64,000 nt of DNA from an uncultured SAR86 cluster bacterium (lineage in GTDB: Bacteria > Pseudomonadota > Gammaproteobacteria > Magnimaribacterales > D2472), in the NCBI GenBank assembly GCA_902556105.1, contig CACDUZ010000003.1, forward strand, positions 49,579 through 113,578, written 5' to 3'. Made by a program: the position numbers and the translations under genes. Of this stretch, positions 1 through 8,773 are shown piece after piece. The notes under the pieces are model-generated. The model searched no databases. It was not told the origin of the DNA and was given only the letters and a program-made list of their open reading frames with translations. The first letter of the stretch is position 1; every line of letters begins with the position of its first letter.

Positions 1-597
1 TTGGACAGCATAAAGCAAAAACTTGAACAAATAAATCTAACAGACCCCACAAAATATAAAAAAGCTGGTGTCCTGATTCTTCTCATTAAAGATAATGACG
101 ATGAAGAATACAAAATTTTATTTACTAAAAGGTCAGAACAATTAAAAACTCATTCGGGGGAAGTAAGCTTTCCAGGTGGGAAGTGGGAAGATGGAGATTC
201 GAATCTTTATCAAACCGCATTGAGAGAATCTAATGAAGAAATTAATTTAGATATGGAAAATGTAACTAAATTAGGACCCTTAAATTTTTTATTATCTAGG
301 CATAAAATAGAAGTAAATCCATTCGTTGGTTATTTAAATCAGTCGCAGGACTTTAAAGGTAATTTTGAAATTGATGAGATATTTACTGTTCCTATTAGCT
401 TTCTAATGAATGAGGAAAATATTGAGTATAAAGAATTTAATAGAAAGGATTTAAAAGTATATATTCCAAGTTGGGTTTATAATGGGAACCGTATATGGGG
501 ACTTACAGCAATGATTGCTGCGGATTTTTTAAATATTTGTTTTGATGCCCCTACAAAAACAGATATAAATTTATTTAGAACATACGATGAATATTGA
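1..597 (+). CDS. Nudix hydrolase, CoA pyrophosphatase-like (possibly 5'-partial; TTG at nt 1 on window edge)
   Basis: Nudix box visible (GGKWEDGDSNLYQTALRESNEEINL). The 198-aa ORF overlaps the next gene by 11 nt. Confidence 0.75.
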   Translation: MDSIKQKLEQINLTDPTKYKKAGVLILLIKDNDDEEYKILFTKRSEQLKTHSGEVSFPGGKWEDGDSNLYQTALRESNEEINLDMENVTKLGPLNFLLSRHKIEVNPFVGYLNQSQDFKGNFEIDEIFTVPISFLMNEENIEYKEFNRKDLKVYIPSWVYNGNRIWGLTAMIAADFLNICFDAPTKTDINLFRTYDEY

Positions 598-1108
598 TTT
601 AGGTGATAAAAAACTTCAAACAGCTGGAGATGATTATTGGATTGCTCCCAATGCTAATGTTATTGGAGAAGTTGCTCTAGCTAAGGATGCAAGCATATGG
701 TTTAACGCAGTCTTGAGAGCAGACAATGAACCAATATATATTGGGGAAGGTTCAAATGTGCAAGATGGAGCAATTATTCATACCGACCCAGGCTTTGCAT
801 GTTCTATCGGAAAGAAGGTTACAGTTGGTCATATGGCAATGCTTCATGGTTGTACGATTGGCGACGGCAGTTTAATTGGAATAGGTTCCGTTATTTTAAA
901 TGGAGCAAAAATAGGAAAAAATTGTATCATCGGTTCTAAGGCTTTGGTCACAGAAGGAATGGAAGTGCCTGATGGATCAATGGTTCTTGGAATTCCTGGA
1001 AAGGTAAAAAAAACTCTTAGTGATGAAGAGCAAAGCGCTGTATCAATGGCTGCTGATCATTATGTAGAGAACTATAAAAAATATAAAAAATTAATGAATT
1101 CTAATTAA
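587..1108 (+). CDS. gamma-class carbonic anhydrase-like / hexapeptide-repeat (LbH) protein
   Basis: Left-handed beta-helix hexapeptide repeats (IGEGSNVQDGAIIH..., VGHMAMLHGCTIGDGSLIGIGSVILNGAKIG) typical of the YrdA/PaaY family. Confidence 0.7.
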   Translation: MNIDLGDKKLQTAGDDYWIAPNANVIGEVALAKDASIWFNAVLRADNEPIYIGEGSNVQDGAIIHTDPGFACSIGKKVTVGHMAMLHGCTIGDGSLIGIGSVILNGAKIGKNCIIGSKALVTEGMEVPDGSMVLGIPGKVKKTLSDEEQSAVSMAADHYVENYKKYKKLMNSN

Positions 1109-1109
1109 A

Positions 1110-3686
1110 ATGAAAACTAATCAAATTAGAGAGTCTTTTTTAGAATACTTTAATTCAAAAGGGCATGAGATTGTTCCATCAAGCTCATTAATCCCAAACA
1201 ATGACGAAACTTTGTTATTTACAAATGCTGGAATGGTTCAATTCAAAGACGTCTTTCTAGGAACTGAAAGTAAAAACTTTACCAGAGCAACAACTTCACA
1301 AAGATGTATAAGAGCTGGCGGTAAACATAACGATTTAGAGAATGTAGGATATACACTTCGTCACCATACTTTCTTTGAGATGTTGGGCAATTTTAGTTTT
1401 GGGGACTATTTTAAAGAGGAAGCAATTAAATATGCTTGGGAGTTTCTAACAGAAGTCCTAAAGCTAGATAAAGATAAGCTTTGGATAACTGTATATAAGG
1501 ATGACGATGAAGCAGAAGAAATCTGGAAAAATATAATTGGAGTTGATGCAAACAGAATTGCCAGGCTAGGAGATGAAGATAATTTTTGGTCAATGGGTGA
1601 TACAGGCCCATGTGGACCGTGCTCTGAAATATTCTATGATCACGGTGATCATATTGAAGGCACACCACCAGGCGCAGATGGTGATGAGGGAGATAGGTTT
1701 ATAGAAATATGGAACCTTGTCTTTATGCAATTTAATAGAGATGAATCCGGAGTCATGAAGCCTCTTCCAAAACCTTCTGTAGATACAGGAATGGGTTTAG
1801 AGAGAATTGCAGCAGTTCTTCAGAGTGTAAACTCAAATTATGATACGGACGTTTTTAAGGATTTAATCTTTGCTTCAGAAAAAATACTTGGCCACGAAAA
1901 AAGCACCTCTCATAGAGTGATTGCCGATCATATTAGATCTGCAGTTTTTTTAATTGCTGATGGAGTTGTTCCAGAAAAAGAAGGTAGGGGGTATGTTTTA
2001 AGAAGAATTATGAGAAGAGGCATAAGACATGGATATAAGATGGATGCTAAAGAGCCTTTTATGCATCTGCTTGTGAAAGATTTAATAAAATTAATGAGCT
2101 CTGCATATCCGGAATTAAAACCTAAAGAAAAAGAAATTACCCAAGCAATTAAGAACGAAGAATATAAATTTTTTGAAACCTTAGAAAAAGGCATAGATAT
2201 TCTAGAAGATACAATTTCCAAAATGACAGACAAAACTATTTCAGGTGATGTTGTATTTAAGCTTCATGATACTTTTGGCTTTCCATTTGATTTAACTGCA
2301 GACATAGCAAGAGAAAAAGATTTATTGATTGATAAAAAGAGATTCAATGAATGCATGGATGAGCAAAAAGAAACTTCCAAGGCTTCAAGCAGCTTTGTTT
2401 CATCGCTTCCAGCTGCTTCCGGAGTTCAGGAAACAAAATTCTTGGGTTATGAAGACTTAGAAGCAGACTCAGAAGTTCTTGTGATTTGGAAGAACCAAGA
2501 AAGAATAAAAGAAGCTAAAAATAATGAAGAAGTATTTTTTGCATGTAACCAAACTCCATTTTATGCAGAAGCAGGAGGACAAATAGGTGACAAGGGTATG
2601 TTTGCATCTAAATCATCTACTGGTACTATTTTAGATTGCAAGAAACAAGGCAAAGTGTATATTCATAAAGCCTTTATTGAAAAAGGCAAAATTAAAACTG
2701 GCGATGTAATAAAAATGAGCGTAGAAAAAGAGAAAAGATCTGCTATTGCAATTCATCATTCATCAACACACCTTGTTCATGCTGCGTTGAGGGAAGTTTT
2801 GGGTGTTCATGTTCAGCAAAAAGGTTCTTTGGTTGATGAAAATAAATTACGATTTGATTTTTCACATGATAAACCTTTAACTCAGGATGAAATTTCTAAG
2901 ATTGAATCGATAGTCAATAAAGAAGGGTTGAACAATCTTGAGGTTAAGACTGAACTTATGAACATTGATGATGCTCTTAAATCTGGAGCTATGGCATTGT
3001 TTGGCGAAAAATATGATGATGAAGTTAGAGTATTAACAATGGGAGACAACTCCTATTCAGTAGAATTATGTGGCGGTACTCATGTGAAAAGAACAGGTGA
3101 TATCGGCCTTTTTGTAATAACAAATCAATCCAGCGTTGCTTCAGGCATAAGAAGAATTGAAGCTATTGGAGGCCTTAAATCGATCGAACATATTAATAAA
3201 ATTAGAGATATTAATAATTCACTTCAGAACACTCTCAATGTTTCAGCAGAGGATATTCAAGAAAAAGTTAATTCATTAATAGAAGAAAACAAAAAGTTAA
3301 AAAAGAACTCAGGTGGTAACAGCTCAAAAACATCTGTTCTTTTGTCAGACACTCATGATTTTAAAGATTGGAAGTTAATAATTGAGCAAGTGGAATTAGA
3401 AAACACTAAGGACTTGAGATATCTTGTTGATGAAAAGAAAAATACAAATGAAAAGGTTTGTATAGTTATCTTTACAGAAGCAAATAATAAGATTGCAATA
3501 GTCTGCGGTGTTACTAACAATTTAACTGATTCTCTTTCGGCAAAAGAAGTAATTTCCACTTTATCCAATCAAATTGGAGGCAAGGGTGGCGGAAGGCCTG
3601 ACTTTGCTCAAGGTGCAGGCGAAACAAAAAGTATTAAAGATTTCGTGACTTCTATACCAGATTCAGTAAAATCCCTCGCAAAATAA
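1110..3686 (+). CDS. alaS: alanine--tRNA ligase
   Basis: 858 aa. Class II AlaRS motifs (FTNAGMVQFK, RCIRAGGKHNDLENVG, FFEMLGNFSFGDYFK), editing-domain HHSSTHL...CGGTH and a C-terminal DHHA1-like GGKGGGRPDFAQG. Confidence 0.97.
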   Translation: MKTNQIRESFLEYFNSKGHEIVPSSSLIPNNDETLLFTNAGMVQFKDVFLGTESKNFTRATTSQRCIRAGGKHNDLENVGYTLRHHTFFEMLGNFSFGDYFKEEAIKYAWEFLTEVLKLDKDKLWITVYKDDDEAEEIWKNIIGVDANRIARLGDEDNFWSMGDTGPCGPCSEIFYDHGDHIEGTPPGADGDEGDRFIEIWNLVFMQFNRDESGVMKPLPKPSVDTGMGLERIAAVLQSVNSNYDTDVFKDLIFASEKILGHEKSTSHRVIADHIRSAVFLIADGVVPEKEGRGYVLRRIMRRGIRHGYKMDAKEPFMHLLVKDLIKLMSSAYPELKPKEKEITQAIKNEEYKFFETLEKGIDILEDTISKMTDKTISGDVVFKLHDTFGFPFDLTADIAREKDLLIDKKRFNECMDEQKETSKASSSFVSSLPAASGVQETKFLGYEDLEADSEVLVIWKNQERIKEAKNNEEVFFACNQTPFYAEAGGQIGDKGMFASKSSTGTILDCKKQGKVYIHKAFIEKGKIKTGDVIKMSVEKEKRSAIAIHHSSTHLVHAALREVLGVHVQQKGSLVDENKLRFDFSHDKPLTQDEISKIESIVNKEGLNNLEVKTELMNIDDALKSGAMALFGEKYDDEVRVLTMGDNSYSVELCGGTHVKRTGDIGLFVITNQSSVASGIRRIEAIGGLKSIEHINKIRDINNSLQNTLNVSAEDIQEKVNSLIEENKKLKKNSGGNSSKTSVLLSDTHDFKDWKLIIEQVELENTKDLRYLVDEKKNTNEKVCIVIFTEANNKIAIVCGVTNNLTDSLSAKEVISTLSNQIGGKGGGRPDFAQGAGETKSIKDFVTSIPDSVKSLAK

Positions 3687-3693
3687 GAATACT

Positions 3694-4908
3694 ATGACTG
3701 AAATTATTGTTCAAAAATTTGGAGGCACATCTGTCGGATCTGTTGAAAGAATAGATGCTGTGGCGGAGATTATTAAAGAAGCATCTAAATCAAAAAAAAT
3801 TATCGTAGTCGTTTCAGCTATGGGTGGAGAAACAAATAGACTTGTTAAACTAGCTAAGCATTTTGATAAAGATCCTGATAAAAGAGAGTTTGATGCACTA
3901 GTATCTACAGGAGAAACAGTTAGCTCAGCTCTTTTAGCTATGGCTCTTCAGTCAAAAGGAATTAAAGCAAGATCGTATTCTGCTTCTCAGATTTCTATGA
4001 GAACTACTGATTCATATTCAAAAGCAAAGATTTTAGATGTTGATGCTGACAAAATTTTGAACACTATAAAAGATAATACTATTCCTATTATTACTGGATT
4101 CCAGGGTGTAACAGCAGGAGGCGATGTTACAACCTTAGGAAGAGGAGGGTCTGATACCACAGCCGTTGCAATTGCAGCACAAGTCGGTGCAGAAAGATGT
4201 GACATTTACACTGATGTAGATGGCATTTTTACAACCGATCCTAAAGTAGTCCCGAATGCAAAAAAATTAGATTCTATTACAATGGAAGAAATGCTCGAGC
4301 TTGCTAGCCAAGGTGCTAAAGTTATGCAAACCAGAGCGGTGGAATTTGCTAATAAATATAATGTTCCTGTTAGAGTTCTATCAAGTTTTAATGATGGAAG
4401 TGGAACATTAATATCTCAAAAGGATGAGAGTATGGAAAATTCAGTAGTTTCAGGCATTGCCTTTCAAAAAGATCAGGTTAAATTTACTTTGCACGGGGTC
4501 GGTGATACTCCAGGAACAGCCTTTAAGATACTTGGCCCAATAAGTGATGCAGAGGTTGAGGTAGATGTTATTGTTCAAAATGTAAGTGTTGATGGTAAAA
4601 CAGATTTTACTTTTACGGTAGCATCTGAAGATCAAGATGTGGTTAATAAAGTTATTAAAACCTCTAAAAATGATGTTCAATACAAAGACTTGATAGTTAA
4701 TTCAGATATTGCAAAAGTATCCTTAGTTGGAGCAGGAATGAGATCACAAACAGGCGTCGCTAGTAGAGCCTTCAAAGCTTTATCTGAGAATGATGTAAAT
4801 ATACAAATTATATGCACATCAGAAATCAAAATAACAATGGTTATTGATGAAGTCTTAGTTGATAAAGCTGTTCAGGTTCTTCATGAAGAATTTGAACTGG
4901 AGAAATAA
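3694..4908 (+). CDS. lysC: aspartate kinase
   Basis: N-terminal VQKFGGTSVG, then GRGGSDTTAVAIAA and YTDVDGIFTTDP, with C-terminal ACT repeats. Sits downstream of alaS as in pseudomonads. Confidence 0.93.
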   Translation: MTEIIVQKFGGTSVGSVERIDAVAEIIKEASKSKKIIVVVSAMGGETNRLVKLAKHFDKDPDKREFDALVSTGETVSSALLAMALQSKGIKARSYSASQISMRTTDSYSKAKILDVDADKILNTIKDNTIPIITGFQGVTAGGDVTTLGRGGSDTTAVAIAAQVGAERCDIYTDVDGIFTTDPKVVPNAKKLDSITMEEMLELASQGAKVMQTRAVEFANKYNVPVRVLSSFNDGSGTLISQKDESMENSVVSGIAFQKDQVKFTLHGVGDTPGTAFKILGPISDAEVEVDVIVQNVSVDGKTDFTFTVASEDQDVVNKVIKTSKNDVQYKDLIVNSDIAKVSLVGAGMRSQTGVASRAFKALSENDVNIQIICTSEIKITMVIDEVLVDKAVQVLHEEFELEK

Positions 4909-6243
4909 ATGTATGATTTAATTTTGAAGAATTGCAATATTGTTAATGAAGGTTCTATATTTGAATCTGATATAGCAATTAAAAATTCTAGAATTGAACT
5001 CATCAGCAAAGAGATTGATTCAGAATCAAAAAAAGTTATAGATATTGGTGGCAAGAATGTAATTCCTGGGCTTATTGATGATCAAGTTCATTTTAGAGAA
5101 CCTGGATTAACACATAAAGGTGAGATCGCAACTGAATCAAAAGCTGGCTTAGCAGGAGGGGTTACAAGTTATTTTGAAATGCCAAACGTCAATCCAACTA
5201 CCACCACAAATGAAAATTTAACTAAAAAATTTGAATTAGCAAGCACCAGATCACTTTCGAATTATTCTTTCCATTTAGGTGGAAGCAATACAAATATTGA
5301 AGAAATTAAAAATGTTGATATTAATCAAGCAGCAGCTTTGAAAGTATTTATGGGAGCATCCACAGGTGAAATGTTAGTTGATAGCATTGATGCCCTTGAC
5401 GATATTTTTAATTATTCTCCACTAATTGTTGTTACTCATTGTGAAGATCCACAAAGAGTTACAGACAATGAAAAGCTGTTCTTTGAAAAATATGGAAATG
5501 ACTTATCAGCTGAGCATCATCATTTAATAAGAGATGTTGAAAGCTGTTATTTATCTAGCTCACTTGCAGTGGATTTAGCAAAAAAATATGATTCGGATCT
5601 TCATGTCTTTCACTTAACTACAGAAAAAGAAATGGAACTTTTTACTGCTGGAAAGATTGATGGTAAAAAAATAACAGCTGAGGTTTGTGTTCACCATATG
5701 TATTTTAATGAATCACGATATGCTGATCTTGGTAATCAGATAAAGTGTAATCCTTCTATCAAATATGAGTCAGATAGACTTGCTCTAATAAATGCTTTGC
5801 TAACAGATAAAATTGATATCATTGCAACTGATCATGCTCCTCATACATGGGAAGAGAAAAATCAAAGTTATTCTAAGGCACCTGCAGGGTTACCTCTTGT
5901 TCAACATGGTATGCAAATTCTAATGGACTTTTATCATCAAGACATCCTTTCTCTTGAAACAATTGTTCAAAAAACTAGTCACAATGTTGCAAATAGATTT
6001 CAAGTTAAAGAAAGAGGTTATATAAGAGAGGGGTATTATGCAGATTTGGCTGTGTTAGATATTGATAAACCTTATACAGTTTCTAATGATAATATTTTAT
6101 ATAAATGTGGTTGGTCTCCTTTTAACGGTCATACATTTCAATCATCAATATTTATGACAATTGTGAACGGAAATATTGCCTTTACAGACGGTCAGGTTGT
6201 TGAAGATTTGCCTTTTGGAATGCAAATAGAATTCGATAGATAA
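4909..6243 (+). CDS. pyrC: dihydroorotase-like cyclic amidohydrolase
   Basis: Amidohydrolase fold signatures: IPGLIDDQVHFREPG, KVFMGASTG, VTHCED, IATDHAPH. The first metal-ligand His of the usual HxH is Gln here (QVH). Confidence 0.7.
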   Translation: MYDLILKNCNIVNEGSIFESDIAIKNSRIELISKEIDSESKKVIDIGGKNVIPGLIDDQVHFREPGLTHKGEIATESKAGLAGGVTSYFEMPNVNPTTTTNENLTKKFELASTRSLSNYSFHLGGSNTNIEEIKNVDINQAAALKVFMGASTGEMLVDSIDALDDIFNYSPLIVVTHCEDPQRVTDNEKLFFEKYGNDLSAEHHHLIRDVESCYLSSSLAVDLAKKYDSDLHVFHLTTEKEMELFTAGKIDGKKITAEVCVHHMYFNESRYADLGNQIKCNPSIKYESDRLALINALLTDKIDIIATDHAPHTWEEKNQSYSKAPAGLPLVQHGMQILMDFYHQDILSLETIVQKTSHNVANRFQVKERGYIREGYYADLAVLDIDKPYTVSNDNILYKCGWSPFNGHTFQSSIFMTIVNGNIAFTDGQVVEDLPFGMQIEFDR

Positions 6244-6297
6244 ATTAGTTATCTTTATATTTTCAAACAGTTATAATCCCTCTTCTTAATGTTAATA

Positions 6298-6387
6298 GGA
6301 GAGTTGGCTGAGTGGTCGAAAGCGCCTCCCTGCTAAGGAGGTAACTGGGCAACTGGTTCGAGGGTTCGAATCCCTCACTCTCCGCCA
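6298..6387 (+). tRNA. tRNA-Ser (anticodon GCU), long variable arm, CCA encoded
   Basis: Hand-folded. Acceptor GGAGAGT/ACTCTCC, anticodon loop CT-GCT-AA, T-arm GGTTCGAATCC, discriminator G plus CCA. Confidence 0.9.
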
Positions 6388-6407
6388 GATTTATGGTTTA
6401 ATAAATT

Positions 6408-7259
6408 ATGAGCAATGAAGCAATAAAAAATTTTTTAGATGGATTCTCAATAGAAGTTACGCCAAGGGCTGCCGCCAAAATAGATAATTTTGCTGAACTT
6501 ATTCCAAAAGGAACTTTAATCTATATTGCCCATATAGAAGGAACCCCAATTGATGAGATGATAGCTACAGCTAAGAAAATAAATCAGCAAGGTTTTTCAC
6601 CAATGCCACATTTCCCTGCTCGAATAATTAAAGATAAAAATGTTCTACAAGACTGGATATCAAAATATCAAAATGAGGCTAATGTTAGAAATGGATTATT
6701 AATTGCTGGTGGGGCAAATAAACCATACGGAGAGTATGATTCTTCAATTCAATTAATTGAATCTGAGCTTTTTGACAAAGCAGATTTCCAAAACCTTCAT
6801 ATTGCGGGTCATCCTGAAGGCAGTATGGACATTGATCCAGACGGATCAACAAAAAATGTTGATCATGCACTGTCTTGGAAGAACGAATTTAGTAAACGAA
6901 CAGATGCAAAAATGGCGATTACAACTCAATTTAGTTTTGATGCTGATTCAGTTATAAGATGGGCAAATAACGTTAAAGAATCTGGCATAGATATACCTAT
7001 TCACATTGGAATAGCTGGCCCTGCAAAATTACAGACACTTCTAAGATATTCTATTGAATGTGGTGTTGGAGCATCTATAAAAATAATACAGAAACGTGCA
7101 ATGGATTTGACTAAATTGCTTTTGCCATACAAACCAACGAATATCATCACCGAATTAGCAACTCATAAAGCTAATAATCCCTCATTTAATATCGAAAAGG
7201 TTCATTTCTTCCCCTTGGGTGGAATAAAACAAGTATCAGATTTTATAAAAGAAATTTGA
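6408..7259 (+). CDS. methylenetetrahydrofolate reductase family protein
   Basis: 283-aa ORF with MetF-like layout (FSIEVTPR..., IAGHPEG, ITTQFSFD, IPIHIGIAGP). Assignment is from remembered family pattern only. Confidence 0.55.
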   Translation: MSNEAIKNFLDGFSIEVTPRAAAKIDNFAELIPKGTLIYIAHIEGTPIDEMIATAKKINQQGFSPMPHFPARIIKDKNVLQDWISKYQNEANVRNGLLIAGGANKPYGEYDSSIQLIESELFDKADFQNLHIAGHPEGSMDIDPDGSTKNVDHALSWKNEFSKRTDAKMAITTQFSFDADSVIRWANNVKESGIDIPIHIGIAGPAKLQTLLRYSIECGVGASIKIIQKRAMDLTKLLLPYKPTNIITELATHKANNPSFNIEKVHFFPLGGIKQVSDFIKEI

Positions 7260-7353
7260 CAATAATTATGTAAATAAAATTTATATAATTTTTGTATTTT
7301 TTTTACATTCATCCATTAATATATAAGGTCATTTAAATAATAAGGGAGATATT

Positions 7354-7791
7354 ATGGAAGAAATGATAATGCAAAGTGGTATGGTTGAGCTTGGTCTTTG
7401 GGAAATTTTTGCCCAGTCAAGACAAGCCAATACTACTGTAATTTTAGCAACCATCATTGGTGTTTGGGTAGCAGCTAGATTCTCTAGTGTAGTAATGGAC
7501 AAGGGACCTAATTTGTTAGCAAAAATAATTTGTACCTCAATTGCTGTAGGTATTTTTCTAATTGCTTTTAATAATGGCTATTGGATAAGCGGAACAATGG
7601 AAGGACATGCAGCTGCATTGGCGAATTTAGATATGCTAAATGGAGATGTTGACATTAGCGCTGGGTCTAAAGCATTTATAGAAAATAACGCATCGAATGG
7701 AAACATTATAGGTACTGTTGGTGCTTATTTATTTTATGTTGGCGGCTTACTACTAGCGGTTTTACCTCTTTGGATGAATCCTAACGACTAA
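7354..7791 (+). CDS. hypothetical membrane protein
   Basis: 145-aa ORF with about 4 hydrophobic helices, an upstream AGGGAG Shine-Dalgarno and a terminator downstream. No recognisable family. Confidence 0.45.
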   Translation: MEEMIMQSGMVELGLWEIFAQSRQANTTVILATIIGVWVAARFSSVVMDKGPNLLAKIICTSIAVGIFLIAFNNGYWISGTMEGHAAALANLDMLNGDVDISAGSKAFIENNASNGNIIGTVGAYLFYVGGLLLAVLPLWMNPND

Positions 7792-7810
7792 AATAAAAAT
7801 TATTTTTAAA

Positions 7811-7836
7811 ACGCCTATTTATTAGGCGTTTTTTTT
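7811..7836. terminator. rho-independent terminator (bidirectional position between convergent genes)
   Basis: Stem ACGCCT / AGGCGT with loop ATTTATT. A T-run follows and an A-run precedes. Confidence 0.6.
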
Positions 7837-8731
7837 AAAAAAGTTCTGTGAGCATACATCTTGCTGAACCTCCACCATATTTTTCTATGGTTGGTATGTC
7901 AGAATGAATAATATCTTTATAGCTTTCAAGAAGTTTGTCTATCTGACTTTGGTTTAAAGCATTGTATGCCGTTGAAGAAAGTATTAAAAAAAGATCATTG
8001 TTGTTATTTTTTGCTTCTATAGCATTACCACAAAAGTTTTCAATTTGTTTTGCAGTAAGTTCAACAACATCATGAAATTCAGCAACCTTTTTCTTTACGT
8101 AATCTCTGTGTTCTTCTTTTATAACATCAAAACAAATTCCAATAATATCTGTACCAACATACATTAAGACATCTGTATGATAAATAGGAGAACCGGTATG
8201 GCTTTCTGTCTCAAATAATACAAGTTCAAAATCATTATTTCGGCACCAGATTATTAGTTGAACAGCATTAGTTCTAGGTGAGATTCCAGCATAGACAATT
8301 CTATTAACTCTATCAAAAACCATACTGCTTGTTGATTCTAAAAAAATTTCTTTTTCTTCAAGATAGGACATATCATCAGTTAATTCATATGTCTTAGTAA
8401 GATGTTCAATCATAGATGGCTTTTTTTCTTTTCTGCGATTTGGAGCCAACATACTAAATATTTGCATAGTTTTATTTTGAAATGTTATGAACCAATTTGG
8501 AAAAATATGGTCAGGACAATCCTTAGAGCCCTTAAGGCTTGTTATTTTTATCCCTTTCTCTTCAATTTTATTTTTAAGATTATGAAATTCAGCCAGGGCT
8601 TTTCCAGCAACATCTTCTGGAGTTTCATCTGTAACTTCTTTTTGGTAGTGATTTGTATATGAAGTTTGTTCATTCGAATAGAAAGATTCAGGCTCAATCA
8701 TAAATAAGTGTGATGTTGATTGTTTATTCAT
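7835..8731 (-). CDS. guanidino-group-modifying enzyme, arginine deiminase-related / citrulline utilization hydrolase (CtlX-like)
   Basis: The C-terminal GGGSARCMLTELF (catalytic Cys) is typical of the amidinotransferase/ADI superfamily. Divergent from rocD. Confidence 0.6.
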   Translation of the reverse strand: MNKQSTSHLFMIEPESFYSNEQTSYTNHYQKEVTDETPEDVAGKALAEFHNLKNKIEEKGIKITSLKGSKDCPDHIFPNWFITFQNKTMQIFSMLAPNRRKEKKPSMIEHLTKTYELTDDMSYLEEKEIFLESTSSMVFDRVNRIVYAGISPRTNAVQLIIWCRNNDFELVLFETESHTGSPIYHTDVLMYVGTDIIGICFDVIKEEHRDYVKKKVAEFHDVVELTAKQIENFCGNAIEAKNNNNDLFLILSSTAYNALNQSQIDKLLESYKDIIHSDIPTIEKYGGGSARCMLTELF

Positions 8732-8773
8732 ATCTTTCCTTGCTGATAATATTTATGTGGTTAAAATACACTC

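Noticed and set aside
1426-4680. Antisense ORFs inside alaS and lysC (1426-1668, 1928-2233, 3353-3568, 3987-4205, 4450-4680, all on the minus strand).
   Set aside because: They are fully nested in strongly supported genes on the opposite strand. Their translations are low-complexity with no motifs or RBS. They are typical shadow ORFs of AT-rich DNA.
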